This document shows, in pieces, positions 41,517-52,665 of a DNA stretch of 64,000 nt. The stretch covers positions 43,096 through 107,095 of the forward strand of contig MCFE01000269.1 in NCBI GenBank assembly GCA_002104905.1. The letters run 5' to 3'. The DNA comes from Basidiobolus meristosporus CBS 931.73 (taxonomy: Eukaryota; Fungi; Basidiobolomycota). The translations under genes were made by a program, and so were the position numbers. How positions within the stretch are numbered: position 1 is the stretch's first letter; every line of letters begins with the position of its first letter. Below the pieces are notes generated by a model that was given only the letters and a program-made list of their open reading frames with translations, had not been told where the DNA came from and searched no databases.

Positions 41517-42152
41517 ATGATCAACCCACGCATATCCATTCCACAAACTCAATCATACCTTGCTTCTTGCACACAAAGCAATATCTCAGTTATTTCTGAG
41601 TTTGTGGCTGATCTAGTGGTCAAGATGTGGTACAAGAACTCTCCCGTCTCTATATGTAGCCCAGTTTTTCATTCTTTCTGCCAGAATGTGATTGCCCGCA
41701 GTCAAGTTGATCCACCCACAATTTTGCTTGCCCTCAAATACATCCAGCGCTTGAAAAAGTACTGCCCGAGAATCACGGGTGAGCAAGGCTCAGAATGCCG
41801 ACTCTTCGTAGTTTCTCTCATCCTGGCTCACAAAATGTTGGAGGATTGCACATATACCAACCAGACTTGGTCTCAAATCACTCGGATACCCTTAGCCGAC
41901 ATTAACCATATGGAGCGAGAGTTTCTTCTATCAATTCAGTTCGATTTACATGTTCCTGAAGAGGAGTATGCCCAATGGCTGTTGTACCTCGAGCAATATC
42001 TCCGTTACAAGGAAGAGGACCCTCTTCTCCATTCCCCTAGGAGACTGCCCTCTCCTACCTCCGCACCCGCCACTTTTGAGTTCCCTATTAATAAGCCGGC
42101 TGCCTTGAATGTCGGCAAGGTTCACGTCCCTGGATACTTCCAGAACGTTTGA
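41517..42152 (+). CDS. Pho85-type (Pcl/Pho80-like) cyclin
   Basis: ILLALKYIQRLK; GSECRLFVVSLILAHKMLEDCTYTNQTWSQIT; INHMEREFLLSIQFDLHV. Confidence 0.88.
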   Translation: MINPRISIPQTQSYLASCTQSNISVISEFVADLVVKMWYKNSPVSICSPVFHSFCQNVIARSQVDPPTILLALKYIQRLKKYCPRITGEQGSECRLFVVSLILAHKMLEDCTYTNQTWSQITRIPLADINHMEREFLLSIQFDLHVPEEEYAQWLLYLEQYLRYKEEDPLLHSPRRLPSPTSAPATFEFPINKPAALNVGKVHVPGYFQNV

Positions 42153-42636
42153 CTCTATGGGGTATTGCAGCCGTGCAAGATAATCTATTTTAACATATTG
42201 CGTCAGTATCATGTAGAGCCTAGCCTTCCCACTACTCTAGGCTAGCGTACCCAGGCCACCTGCGTATTACGCACTCTCAGGAAAATCCTTGCTATCTTCT
42301 GCTATTTACCATTCTTTAAGTTAATATCTTTTTATTCTGGAAGCTTCGTCCGGTTGGACTGTTGGAAGTTCAGTTGGAAGCTTCTATTATTCGATATAGA
42401 TGTTATGTACTGAGAGAAATTGATTAAAAAACATATATTTAGGTTTAAAATGGGATTTTGATAGGCCGCCAGGTGGTGTTGTGTGTGAATTGGATCCACA
42501 AGAATTTTGGCTCGTCAGCTGGCAGGGAACTGCTAGAGACCTTTATATGGGTTTTTTTTATCTACTCAGCCTTTGGTTGTGTTAAAGCCGGGGTGTTTGT
42601 TTGTGGTCCGTGAAATACTTTCCCCCTTGTCACAAA

Positions 42637-43331
42637 ATGGTTCACCTTAATGATGCGTTCGACTTTGCTCAACAGTACTCAGTTACAGACCAAGCCAACA
42701 ACATTCTCACCACTATAGCACTTCCTCCTACTAAGTCCACTCCAAAGCAGCTACAACCTTTGCCTTCCGCCGCCGTAACTCCAAACTCTGTACTGACCAC
42801 AAGCTTTGATGAAATCCAAAGCGAGCTGAAGCGAGCTCTTGACCACATAGAGCAAGGAACCGTCCTCAAAGCTTTCGAGATCCTCACCTCGGTGACCGAT
42901 GCTGTGGTCACTAATTGTGACGCTCTGGGTTAGTCCACTTTTACCTTAGTCCCTCTGTTACGCCGTAGAAAAGTACCAATCTTTTATTAATAGGCCTCAC
43001 TATTGATGAACCACCATACAACGCTTATGACAGAGAGGGCTTTTGGCAGGGCATCAACCACTGTTGGCTATATGCTTTATCACGAAGCTCGTTGGCAAAA
43101 TCCGAGGAGGACCAACTTCGAATGCAGCATCTGTACCAGTTGAGGGATTCGGTTATCGCTTGGTGTGATGTTTTGGAACGCTACGGACTAGTAGACTACG
43201 AGATGGGCTTTTGGGAGCAGGATATTCTGGAAGCTATCGAGGCCACTATGACCGCCAATAATCTTCGACTTGGCACAGTAGTGCCAGCAGAAAGTAACGA
43301 GGTTTCCGAGACGAACTTTATAAACGTATGA
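42637..43331 (+). CDS. Conserved fungal hypothetical protein (2 exons)
   Basis: DEIQSELKRAL...VVTNCDALG|L...DREGFWQGINHCWLYAL...LERYGLVDYEMGFWEQDIL; intron at about 42931-42993. Confidence 0.7.
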
Positions 43332-43765
43332 TGCAAACATACGTCTCGTAGAAGAACCCGCGCTTATGCCGCCGGTCGTTTACCACCCACACCACACTTT
43401 TAATTCTTTCAAGTGCGATTGTTCCTTCTTATGATGATGGTCGTCATCTTTTCATTGTATATTTGTAGTGTTCAGACATGTTAGATCCTTGTTTGGCGTG
43501 CTTTTCATCCGAACTTAGCAACCGTGGCCAACAATAAAATCCATCTTTCCCGGTCAACACCCCTGGCCATTGATTGTTTACTCTGACTTGCGGTAAATTT
43601 ATTCTCATTTATCCAGCGCTTGTGATTGGTCACATGTAGCAGAGTGATATCGGGAGATTCTGGTACTCGGGCTTGTGCTTTGGTGAAGGCATGTACATAT
43701 GGTTGGATGATTAATATTATTCTATGTCTATTTGGTGAATAAAATGGTAGGCCGACTATAATGCA

Positions 43766-44883
43766 CTATGAACAATAGGCACACGGCTCATTGTTGTATT
43801 CTCGCCAGTGGCAATCCACTGAGCCGCTGCATTGGGTACGGGCCATGGTGGAAAGAAAACTGGCTCTTTCGGCAAGCAACTCATCTCTGCCGCGCTCCCA
43901 AGCCTGTATAGATTGGATCTCAGAGAGGGGCTCTAGTTCCGTGTGGCTTTCATGGCTCAGGCATTGACAAAAGTATTCTTCGTCGGCGCACATCATGTTG
44001 TACAAACTTTGTTTGCTCAACAAGCATTGATGCTGATAGCGGCGGCACGCATAACACTGGAGTTCGCCCGAGTCATTATGAGGATAATGCGTGTGGTTGA
44101 GACGCTTCTGTGTGGCGAGACGGTTAAAGCTTTCGACTTTGTAGTCACTTGTCATACAGTCACCTTCGCCGTCAATGACGATTGGGAAAATCCCTTCAGG
44201 AGAGTCGGTGAAAAAGGAGGAAGTCACGATATCAAGTAGCTCCAGGTCAAGTTGAAAAGTTGGAAGCGAATACACTCCCGGCTCAAACTCGTATTTCAGT
44301 TTCGAAGTCTTCTCGAAAACGTGCTTTAGCTTGAATACTCTTTCGTCCTTCAGGATTCGCATGGCGAATAACTCGACCTGGCCTTGGCCTTGCCGGTTGG
44401 TGAGCAACGCAGCTGGGTCATGTGGATGAGTATGTTCTACGAGAAGGAAACCTAATGAACATCAACTTCGCTAACAAGACTTCAAGCAGACAACCTACCT
44501 ATATATACACCGGGAGCTATGGGTTTGACCCAGCTATCACACTCATTAGGAAGCACCAGCTGGTACACTACGCTCGGATAGTAATACGGGAGCAGAGCCT
44601 CAACCTCAGGACACTCACCCAAATCGGATTGTGGTAGGTTGGGGGTTGATTGATGATAGATATGGAAAGAGTACTCCGAATCCCTCCAACCAAAGAGATC
44701 CTGCAACACAATGTGGAGTTGAAGAAGGGAAAACCTTTCTGGAATCAACACAGTTCTCCAGATGTTCGGCTGGTGTGATAGCGAGGCCCGAACGACATGT
44801 AATCTTTCGTTAGAGTTGGTCATGATATCACGAACGAAATGAAATAAAGAGAGGAGCTGATTCGATGACGGGTGAACGTCCAT
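43766..44883 (-). CDS. pRiA4b ORF-3-like (MM3350-like) domain protein with a Cys/His-rich C-terminus, multi-exon
   Basis: IWRTVLIPERFSLLQLHIVLQDLFGW and downstream KLKYEF...PIVIDGEG match my recollection of the pRiA4b ORF-3 family pattern. Confidence 0.65.
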
Positions 44884-45213
44884 AGTATTTATAGGTAGGT
44901 AGTGTATGGCGAATTAAGGGGATGAAATAAATAAACAGGAAAGAACAGGTAGGGGCTCGAAGTGCCGCTTATCAATTAATAGAAATTCCCATTTACTGCC
45001 TGACTTATCATTATGATATACTCACTAGACCGACTTGTTTTCTATGCAGATGGAATTTATCACAGCGACTTGTTTTCTATCACAAAAACCAGAAACCTGG
45101 CTTCTGAGGTCCTCATGGACTGGGGTGTTCAGTCCCAAAAGATGTCTTAGGAAATCTCGGGGATATGTACTGAAGACAACTTGATTCTCCGGTGTGAGGT
45201 TTGACACATTGTA

Positions 45214-45294
45214 TACTTCGCTTGTTTCAAATCTGAAAACCAAGTACAGGCATTGAGTACTTCGCTTGTCTCAAATCTGAAAACCAAGTACAGG
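45214..45294 (+). repeat. 44-bp tandem duplication
   Basis: tacttcgcttgt(t/c)tcaaatctgaaaaccaagtacagg at 45214 and 45258. Confidence 0.9.
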
Positions 45295-45958
45295 GTTCAA
45301 TTCAGGTAGATGGAGGCACCGTCGCAAGCTCTGGTGTGTAGTGGCCAATATGCGGAGAATACCAACCAGCTTTGTAGCCAATAGCTGCCTGCTCAAGGAT
45401 GCACAATAGCTGAGGATGATTAGGCCAGTCCATGGTAATAATGTACATCGATATTTGGCTGCGTATGAAAACCTTTGTTTGTCGCACGAATTGATCCGTA
45501 TTGTACTGAGCATCTATTATAAGGTTCGTTGATGTAACATGTTGTGAGTTACTGATGCGAGTACAATTTCATCAAGTGTGTGCAAATTGCGTATGACATC
45601 AACCGGTACTATGCCAGGGATTTACACCAGTCTTTCCTGATGATTAACGTCCTGATTGTTGCGTGCAAGAGGTTCAATCTATTGCAACGCCACATTGACC
45701 ATATTTGTCCACCACGCTGGTTTGCTGAGCTAATCCCACCGTTGAGGCTGCGCGATACCTGCGAAGATGCGATTTCAACTTTGATGCTGGCAGCTGTAGA
45801 GAGCAATGATCAATGATCTTTATCATTGATTTCGTAGTCTTCCACACATCATCGATGGAGTCTATTGAATGAAAGATGCCTGATAGCGGTAACGTAGTAT
45901 ATAAGCAGCTTCCAGGTGGGACTACTGCATTATCCCAGGTCTTTCCTACAAAATCAAC

Positions 45959-46602
45959 ATGCGCATGATTCTTGTCCTGGCTATCGCAGTAGTGCCCTGT
46001 GTTCTTGGTGAGATCCAGATCACTAGCCCGTTGAACTCTATTTTCCGTGCCGGCACCGACGCACACATTGAATGGTTAGGATGATTCGTTGATTTCTTTG
46101 TGGGCAAACATTGAAACCCCTCCTTTTATCTAGGATTAGCTCAGGCGACGCGAATTCTTTAGGAGGAATAGACATAGTGCTTATGTCGGGGTCGGCTACT
46201 CGCCTTTCGCTGATAGGCACAATTGCCAACAACGTCCCAGTTGATGATGGTCAATACCTTTGGAAGATCCCTGACGCATTCCCTCCCGCCAAAGATTATG
46301 TATTACGACTAGGGGCCAAACAGCAATTTTATTACAGCACCAATTTCGAAATCACTGATGAATCAGGCCCTGTCTACCCCGATGTTTTGAATGCAGGTGG
46401 CAGTAGTCCAAAAAAGCCCACTGCCACCACAACCGGGACCACGGCTTCATCAATTACAAAAACATCAGTTGCGCCGAAACCTAATTCACTCTCCCAGAGT
46501 CAAGACAAACCCCCAGCCAAAGCGAAAAGCTCGGCACAACAGATTTCTCCTGTGAATCTTGGTTTGGCCTTGGTATTTGGTGGAGCTCTCTTGGCGGTTT
46601 AA
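45959..46602 (+). CDS. Secreted Ser/Thr-rich GPI-anchored cell-wall protein (Kre9/Knh1-like N-terminal domain), 2 exons
   Basis: Signal MRMILVLAIAVVPCVLG; ITSP...HIEW|I...GQYLWKIP...YSTNFEI; Thr/Ser/Pro stalk; hydrophobic C-terminus LGLALVFGGALLAV. Confidence 0.85.
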
Positions 46603-46778
46603 GTGGACTCGCGTCGACATTACCATAATATCTCTGCCAATTACCCCTGTTCTTGTGATCTACACCACCATTACCATTGTTGTCGCCATATTTTTTAGGC
46701 CAATTACCTCTATTTCTATAACATATGAATACACATTCTGATACATCTCGTTGGAATATTGCTGTTTATTTCATCTCC

Positions 46779-47075
46779 TTATTTTTGGGGGCAATCTTTA
46801 CATTGGCACTTGTCACCACCACAGCAGCACTGCGATCCGGCAGATTTGCATTTGTTGCAGTCGCATTTGTCACCACAGCAGCAATGGTTTGGTTTTGCCT
46901 TGCAATCTGAGCAGGAGCAATTTTTGCTACAGCCGCAGGTAGTCGTCTTGGCCTTGCATTGACAATCGTTGCAAGTGCATTGGTCCCCACAACAGCAAAT
47001 GCCAGACTTCTGTTGATTAACGTCACACTTGCAATCGGCACACTTGCACTTGCCAGAACAGCAGTCGGTCTTCAT
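46779..47075 (-). CDS. Long modular metallothionein (98 aa, 30 Cys)
   Basis: Five Cys blocks of type CC(C)xxxCxCxxC separated by short Lys/Thr/Gln linkers; no aromatic residues. Confidence 0.88.
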   Translation of the reverse strand: MKTDCCSGKCKCADCKCDVNQQKSGICCCGDQCTCNDCQCKAKTTTCGCSKNCSCSDCKAKPNHCCCGDKCDCNKCKSAGSQCCCGGDKCQCKDCPQK

Positions 47076-47767
47076 GGTAGATTTAAAGGCAGATATGGGA
47101 GTAGATGGTGATGTGCTGCAAAGACATGGATATAACTAGGCTTTATATCAAAAACCCAATGACTTGACGTAAACTTGCGTATGCAGAGAAGGTGAGCGAC
47201 TTTTGCCTGAAGAACAATACGCTGTACAACTTCATTGTCAGTTGGCTGTTATCCATATATGGCATCTCTAACGACTCCTGAGATTAAAGGGATACGTATG
47301 TTCGCTGATTATAGTAGAGATTGCGAGACCTAGCCAATCACTCGAATGGGAGTCATCTTACGCAAACCATTGATGTAAATGTTGTATTAGTATATAGGGA
47401 GGCGTATGTGTAATTGTTTGGATGTGTGAATAGAAAAGTATATAGGCAAGCGTACGGGTAAGCGTACGGGCAAGCGTATAGGGAATCATGGAAAGTGCTG
47501 TGGTGGATAAAGATTGTGGGCAATTCTTGGCGTTCAAAGGGCTTAGTCATATCTAATACAAGCTTCCGGTGATATGTTTCCCCGTCGTCCGCAGTGATAT
47601 AGGGATGTGTTGATGTATATATAATACAGATATAACTTGGATTTGATTTGATACACCTGATGGGCTCCGGTTATATTAAACGAGAATATTCCACCAAACC
47701 ACAAACCAAACTTCAGTCCCACCTCCACATACTTCTTCGGAAATTGTGACTTGCAAAACAGATTAGG

Positions 47768-49383
47768 ATGTCGGCCATGATTCTCACGCTACTCGCCATT
47801 GCCCTTGTACCCATATTCGTGATCTATACAAGGATAAAGCTCCCCCCACACCTAAAAAGTGTTCCTGGGCTACCAGCTATCACCGTCTTCAAATGTCTGT
47901 TCGCGAAAAAGGGGTTTGCTCAATCGTTGCGTGAGAAGTTATTCCCGATTTTGGAGGAACACAAGATTGGAAGGGTATAGGCTAGGTCAAATTCTCCCTT
48001 GTGATCACATTACTAATTCTATTTGAACAGTCGTTTTTCGGGACAGGATGGATTGTTTTTCTTTCGGACCCAGAAGATTGCAGGAAGCTTTGTGCCCAAA
48101 CTAGTAAAGAACCGTACGTTGTGCCAATAGCTTGTCGCCATATCTGACCCTCTCTGTTTCTAGCGATCTTCCCAAAACATCGATTACTTGAAAGCAGCCC
48201 AAATCATTTTGTTATCAAATTCCTGGGCGACAATATTGTCAGTACCAATGGCGTTGAATGGAAGAAGCACAGGAAGGTCGCGAGCCCCGCATTCCGTCGG
48301 CACTGGCCTGTAGAGCTTTTCGCTGGCTGTGTACGTGACTTGTTCGATGCCATCGATGCCAACGTAAAGCAAACTCAGGATGCGCACGATCTGTTACAGA
48401 GAATGACCCTGGATGTGTTGGGTAAAGGGTTGTTTGAGTACGACTTCAAGGCACTCAAAAACCGTCATAGTCAGAGGTGCAAAATGTACAACGAGGTGAT
48501 GAAAGGGATCTTCAATCCTTTAAACTTTTTCTTCCCGTTTTTATCCAGTTTGCCAATGGCAAGAAACAGAAGGCTTAAAGGGAAGATGGGGGAGTTCAAC
48601 ACACTGCTATACACAATACTGGAGGAGAAACAGCAGAGATACAAAGAGAACATTGCAGATGGTAGCTTCGATGAACGCACAGCCGATCTGCTGACTCTGA
48701 TGATCCACTCTGCATATGAGGACCAGACTCTATCGGATGAGGAGCTACGGAGCAACTTGCTGATCTTCTTTATTGCCGGCCACGACACCACAGCAAACAG
48801 TCTCTCTTCGATTCTTTGCTACCTGGCTATGTTTCCAAAATGCCAGGAGAAGGCGAGACAGGAAGCACTGTCAGTACTTGGAAATGACCCACTCGTACCA
48901 CCGACATCTGAACAACAGGCAAAGGAGTTACCCTATATCAACGCAATTATCAAGGAGGCGATAAGGTTAGTGCCACCTGTCGGTAACCTCGGTGGTCGTG
49001 TGTGTACGGAGCCTGTAGAGTTCCAAGGAAGACGATTCCCGACTGGGACACGATTCGCACCACACATCTACTGCATGCAACGATCCAAGCATCTATGGAA
49101 GGATCCGGACTCGTTTCGACCAGAGAGGTTTTTGGATGAGGAGAAATTAACGCCACACAGCTGGATACCATTTGGTGCAGGGCCAAGGCAATGCATCGGC
49201 ATGGTCTTCTCGCTCATGGAGCAACGTGTAACATTGTCGATGCTACTTCGGAAGTATCGCTGGTCACTGCCAAAAGCCTCGATTCACGAAAATGGAGTGC
49301 TGAGAATTCGGCCAACAGGTCTGCTGGCCCCAGAATCCTCTGAGCTTTGCTTTGAGCCACTTGTCGACCAGGCACCTAATTAG
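47768..49383 (+). CDS. Cytochrome P450, CYP509-like, intact copy (3 exons)
   Basis: N-terminal anchor; FFIAGHDTT I-helix; EAIR; FRPERF; PFGAGPRQCIG heme motif. The family call rests on resemblance to Mucorales CYP509. Confidence 0.92.
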
Positions 49384-49585
49384 TTGGGAGGCACCAGCCA
49401 TAACAATTGGCACTTTGCAGTGTGGGCATTAGCGAAATCATTATCGAATAAAACTGAGATATGCAGCATTTAATATTGGCTATGTAGAGACGTCTAGGTA
49501 CACGGGGCTTCTTTACAAATGTTAGGATGATAGACGTGTGGAAGTACATGAGATATAAACAAGAGTATTTACAAAGATCAACAGA

Positions 49586-49903
49586 CTAGCACCCAATTAT
49601 AAAAACATCAGGATCAAACGATGGTAATGGTGACATGAAGAGTCCTCTAGATGTGCACACAGTTATCTGGTTCATGTCGTTTACGGAAATATCATAGAGC
49701 TCCTCCAGACCAGACTGTTTGCCAAAGTCATATTTGCTTGGGATCGGAATAGCAGCTAGCTTCGTCAGGTTTTCTAAATGATACACCATGATAGTACCAT
49801 CATAGGTTAGGCCTAATAGGCACGATCCATGCACGCAATATGAGCCAAAAACTCCATTTCGGGCCTTCACTTCGACCTGGTATATCCTCTGAGCACGCTG
49901 GGT
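49586..49903 (-). pseudogene. Duplicated 3' fragment of the F-box gene, fused out of frame to the first MT codons
   Basis: Near-identical to 52348-52665; lacks all upstream exons. Confidence 0.85.
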
Positions 49904-49904
49904 G

Positions 49905-52665
49905 CGTCACACTTGCACTTGCCAGAACAGCAGTCGGTCTTCATGGTAGATTTAAAGGCAGATATGGGAGTAGATGGTGATGTGCTGCAAAGACATGGAT
50001 ATATAGGGATACGTATGTTCGCTGGTTGTAGTAGAGACTACGAGACCTAGCCAATCACTCGAATGGGAGTCATCTTACGCAAACCATTGATGTAAATGTT
50101 GTATTAGTATAATATGTATAAGGAAGCATGGGTGGTTTTTTAGGTGAGTGCATTGAAGAATGTATAGGCAAGCGTGCAGGCAAAAGTGTACAAGCAGGCG
50201 GGTGTACAAGCAGGCGTATCAGGGGGAGTGCTCTGGTGGATAACGATTAAGAGTAATACTTGGCGTTCAAAGGGCTTAGTCATATCTGCCACAAGCTTCC
50301 GGTGATATGTTCTCCCGCCGTCCGCAGGGATATAGGGATGTATTGATGAATGGATGATGGGTGAATGGGTGAATGGGTGAATGAATCCAGATACAACTTG
50401 GATCTGATTTGATATGCCTGATGGGCTCCGGTTATATTAAACGAGAATATTCCACCAAACCACAAACCAAACTTCAGTCCCACCTCCACATACTTCTTCG
50501 GAAATTGTGACTTGCAAGACAGATTAGGATGTCGGCCATGATTCTGACGCTACTCGCCATTGCCCTTGTACCCATATTCGTGATCTATACAAGGATAAAG
50601 CTCCCCCCACACCTAAAAAGTGTTCCTGGGCTACCAGCTATCACCGTCTTCAAATGTCTGTTCGCGAAAAAGGGGTTTGCTCAATCGTTGCGTGAGAAGT
50701 TATTCCCGATTTTGGAGGAACACAAGATTGGAAGGGTATAGGCTAGGTCAAATTCTCCCTTGTGATCACATTACTAATTCTATTTGAACAGTCGTTTCTC
50801 GGGACAGCGATGGATTGTTTTTCTTTCGGACCCAGAAGATTGCAGGAAGCTTTGGTCCCAAACTAGTAAAGAACCGTACGTTGTGCCAATAGCTTGTCGC
50901 CATATCTGACCCTCTCTGTTTCTAGCGATCTTCCCAAAACATCGATTACTCGAAAGCAGCCCAAATCATTTTGTTATCAAATTCCTGGGCGACAATATTA
51001 TCAGTACCAATGGCGTTGAATGGAAGAAGCACAGGAAGGTCGCGAGCCCCGCATTCCGTCGGCACTGGCCTGTAGAGCTTTTCGCTGGCTGTGTACGTGA
51101 CTTGTTCGATGCCATCGATGCCAACGTAAAGCAAACTCAGGATGCGCACGATCTGTTGCAGAGAATGACCCTGGATGTGTTGGGTAAAGGGTTGTTTGAG
51201 TACGACTTCAAGGCACTCAAAAACCGTCATAGTCAGAGGTGCCAAATGTACAACGAGGTGATGAAAGGGATCTTCAATCCTTTAAACTTTTTCTTCCCGT
51301 TTTTATCCAGTTTGCCAATGGCAAGAAACAGACGGCTTAAAGGGCAAGATGGGGGAGTTCAACACACTGCTATACACAATACTGGAGGAGAAACAGCAGA
51401 GATACAAAGAGAACATTGCAGATGGTAGCTTCGATGAACGCACAGCCGATCTGCTGACTCTGATGATCCACTCTGCATATGAGGACCAGACTCTATCGGA
51501 TGAGGAGCTACGGAGCAACTTGCTGGTCTTCTTTATTGCCGGCCACGACACCACAGCCAACAGTCTCTCTTCGATTCTTTGCTACCTGGCTATGTTTCCA
51601 AAATGCCAGGAGAGGCGAGACAGGAAGCACTGTCAGTACTTGGAAATGACCCACTCGTACCACCGACATCTGAACAACAGGCAAAGGAGTTACCCTATAT
51701 CAATGCAATTATCAAGGAGGCGATAAGGTTAGTGCCACCTGTCGGTGTTCTCGGTGATCGTGAGTGTACGGAGCCTGTAGAGTTCCAAGGAAGACAATTT
51801 CCGACTGGCACACGATTCGTACCACACATCTACTGCATGCAACGATCCAAGCATCTATGGAAGGATCCGGACTCGTTTCGACCAGAGAGGTTTTTGGATG
51901 AGGAGAATTTAACGCCACACAGCTGGATACCATTTGGTGCAGGGCCAAGGCAATGCATTGGCATGGTCTTCTCGCTCATGGAGCAACGTGTAACATTGTC
52001 GATGCTACTTCGGAAGTATCGCTGGTCACTGCCAGAAGCCTCGATCCACGAAAATGGAGTGCTGAGAATTCGGCCAACAGGTCTGCTGGCCCCAGAATCC
52101 TCTGAGCTTTGCTTTGAGCCACTTGTCGACCAGGCACCTAATTAGTTGGGAGGCACCAGCCATAACAATTGGCACTTTGCAGTGTGGGCATTAGCGAAAT
52201 CATTATCGAATAAAACTGAGATATGCAGCATTTAATATTGGCTTATGTAGAGACGTCTAGGTACACGGGGTTCTTTACAAATGCTAGGATGATGGACGTG
52301 TGGAAGTACATGAGATATAAACAAGAGTATTTACAAAGATCAACAGACTAGCACCCAATTATAAAAACATCAGGATCAAACGATGGTAATGGTGACATGA
52401 AGAGTCCTCTAGATGTGCACACAGTTATCTGGTTCATGTCGTTTACGGAAATATCATAGAGCTCCTCCAGACCAGACTGTTTGCCAAAGTCATATTTGCT
52501 TGGGATCGGAATAGCGGCTAGCTTCGTCAGGTTTTCTAAATGATACACCATAATAGTACCATCATAGGTTAGGCCTAATAGGCACGATCCATGCACGCAA
52601 TAGGAACCAAAAACTCCATCTCGGGCCTTCACTTCGACCTGGTATATCATCTGAGCACGCTGGGT
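49905..52665. repeat. Tandem segmental duplication, copy B (about 2.8 kb)
   Basis: High identity to 47021-49903 in the coding parts; promoter more diverged and carrying a deletion of about 155 bp. Confidence 0.92.
50529..52145 (+). pseudogene. Frameshifted cytochrome P450 paralogue
   Basis: Relative to copy A: +1 at about 50808 (acagCgatgg), +1 at about 51344 (aagggCaag) and -1 at about 51612 (caggag-aggc). A premature TAG lies at 51426-51428. Confidence 0.8.

Larger units (their letters stand above)
47021..49903. repeat. Tandem segmental duplication, copy A (about 2.9 kb)
   Basis: The MT 5' end, shared promoter, P450 and F-box 3' tail are repeated at 49905-52665. Confidence 0.92.

Noticed and set aside
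45000-45950. Possible decayed gene on the minus strand (NPWHST...H motif)
   Set aside because: There are multiple stops in all frames and no convincing family signature.
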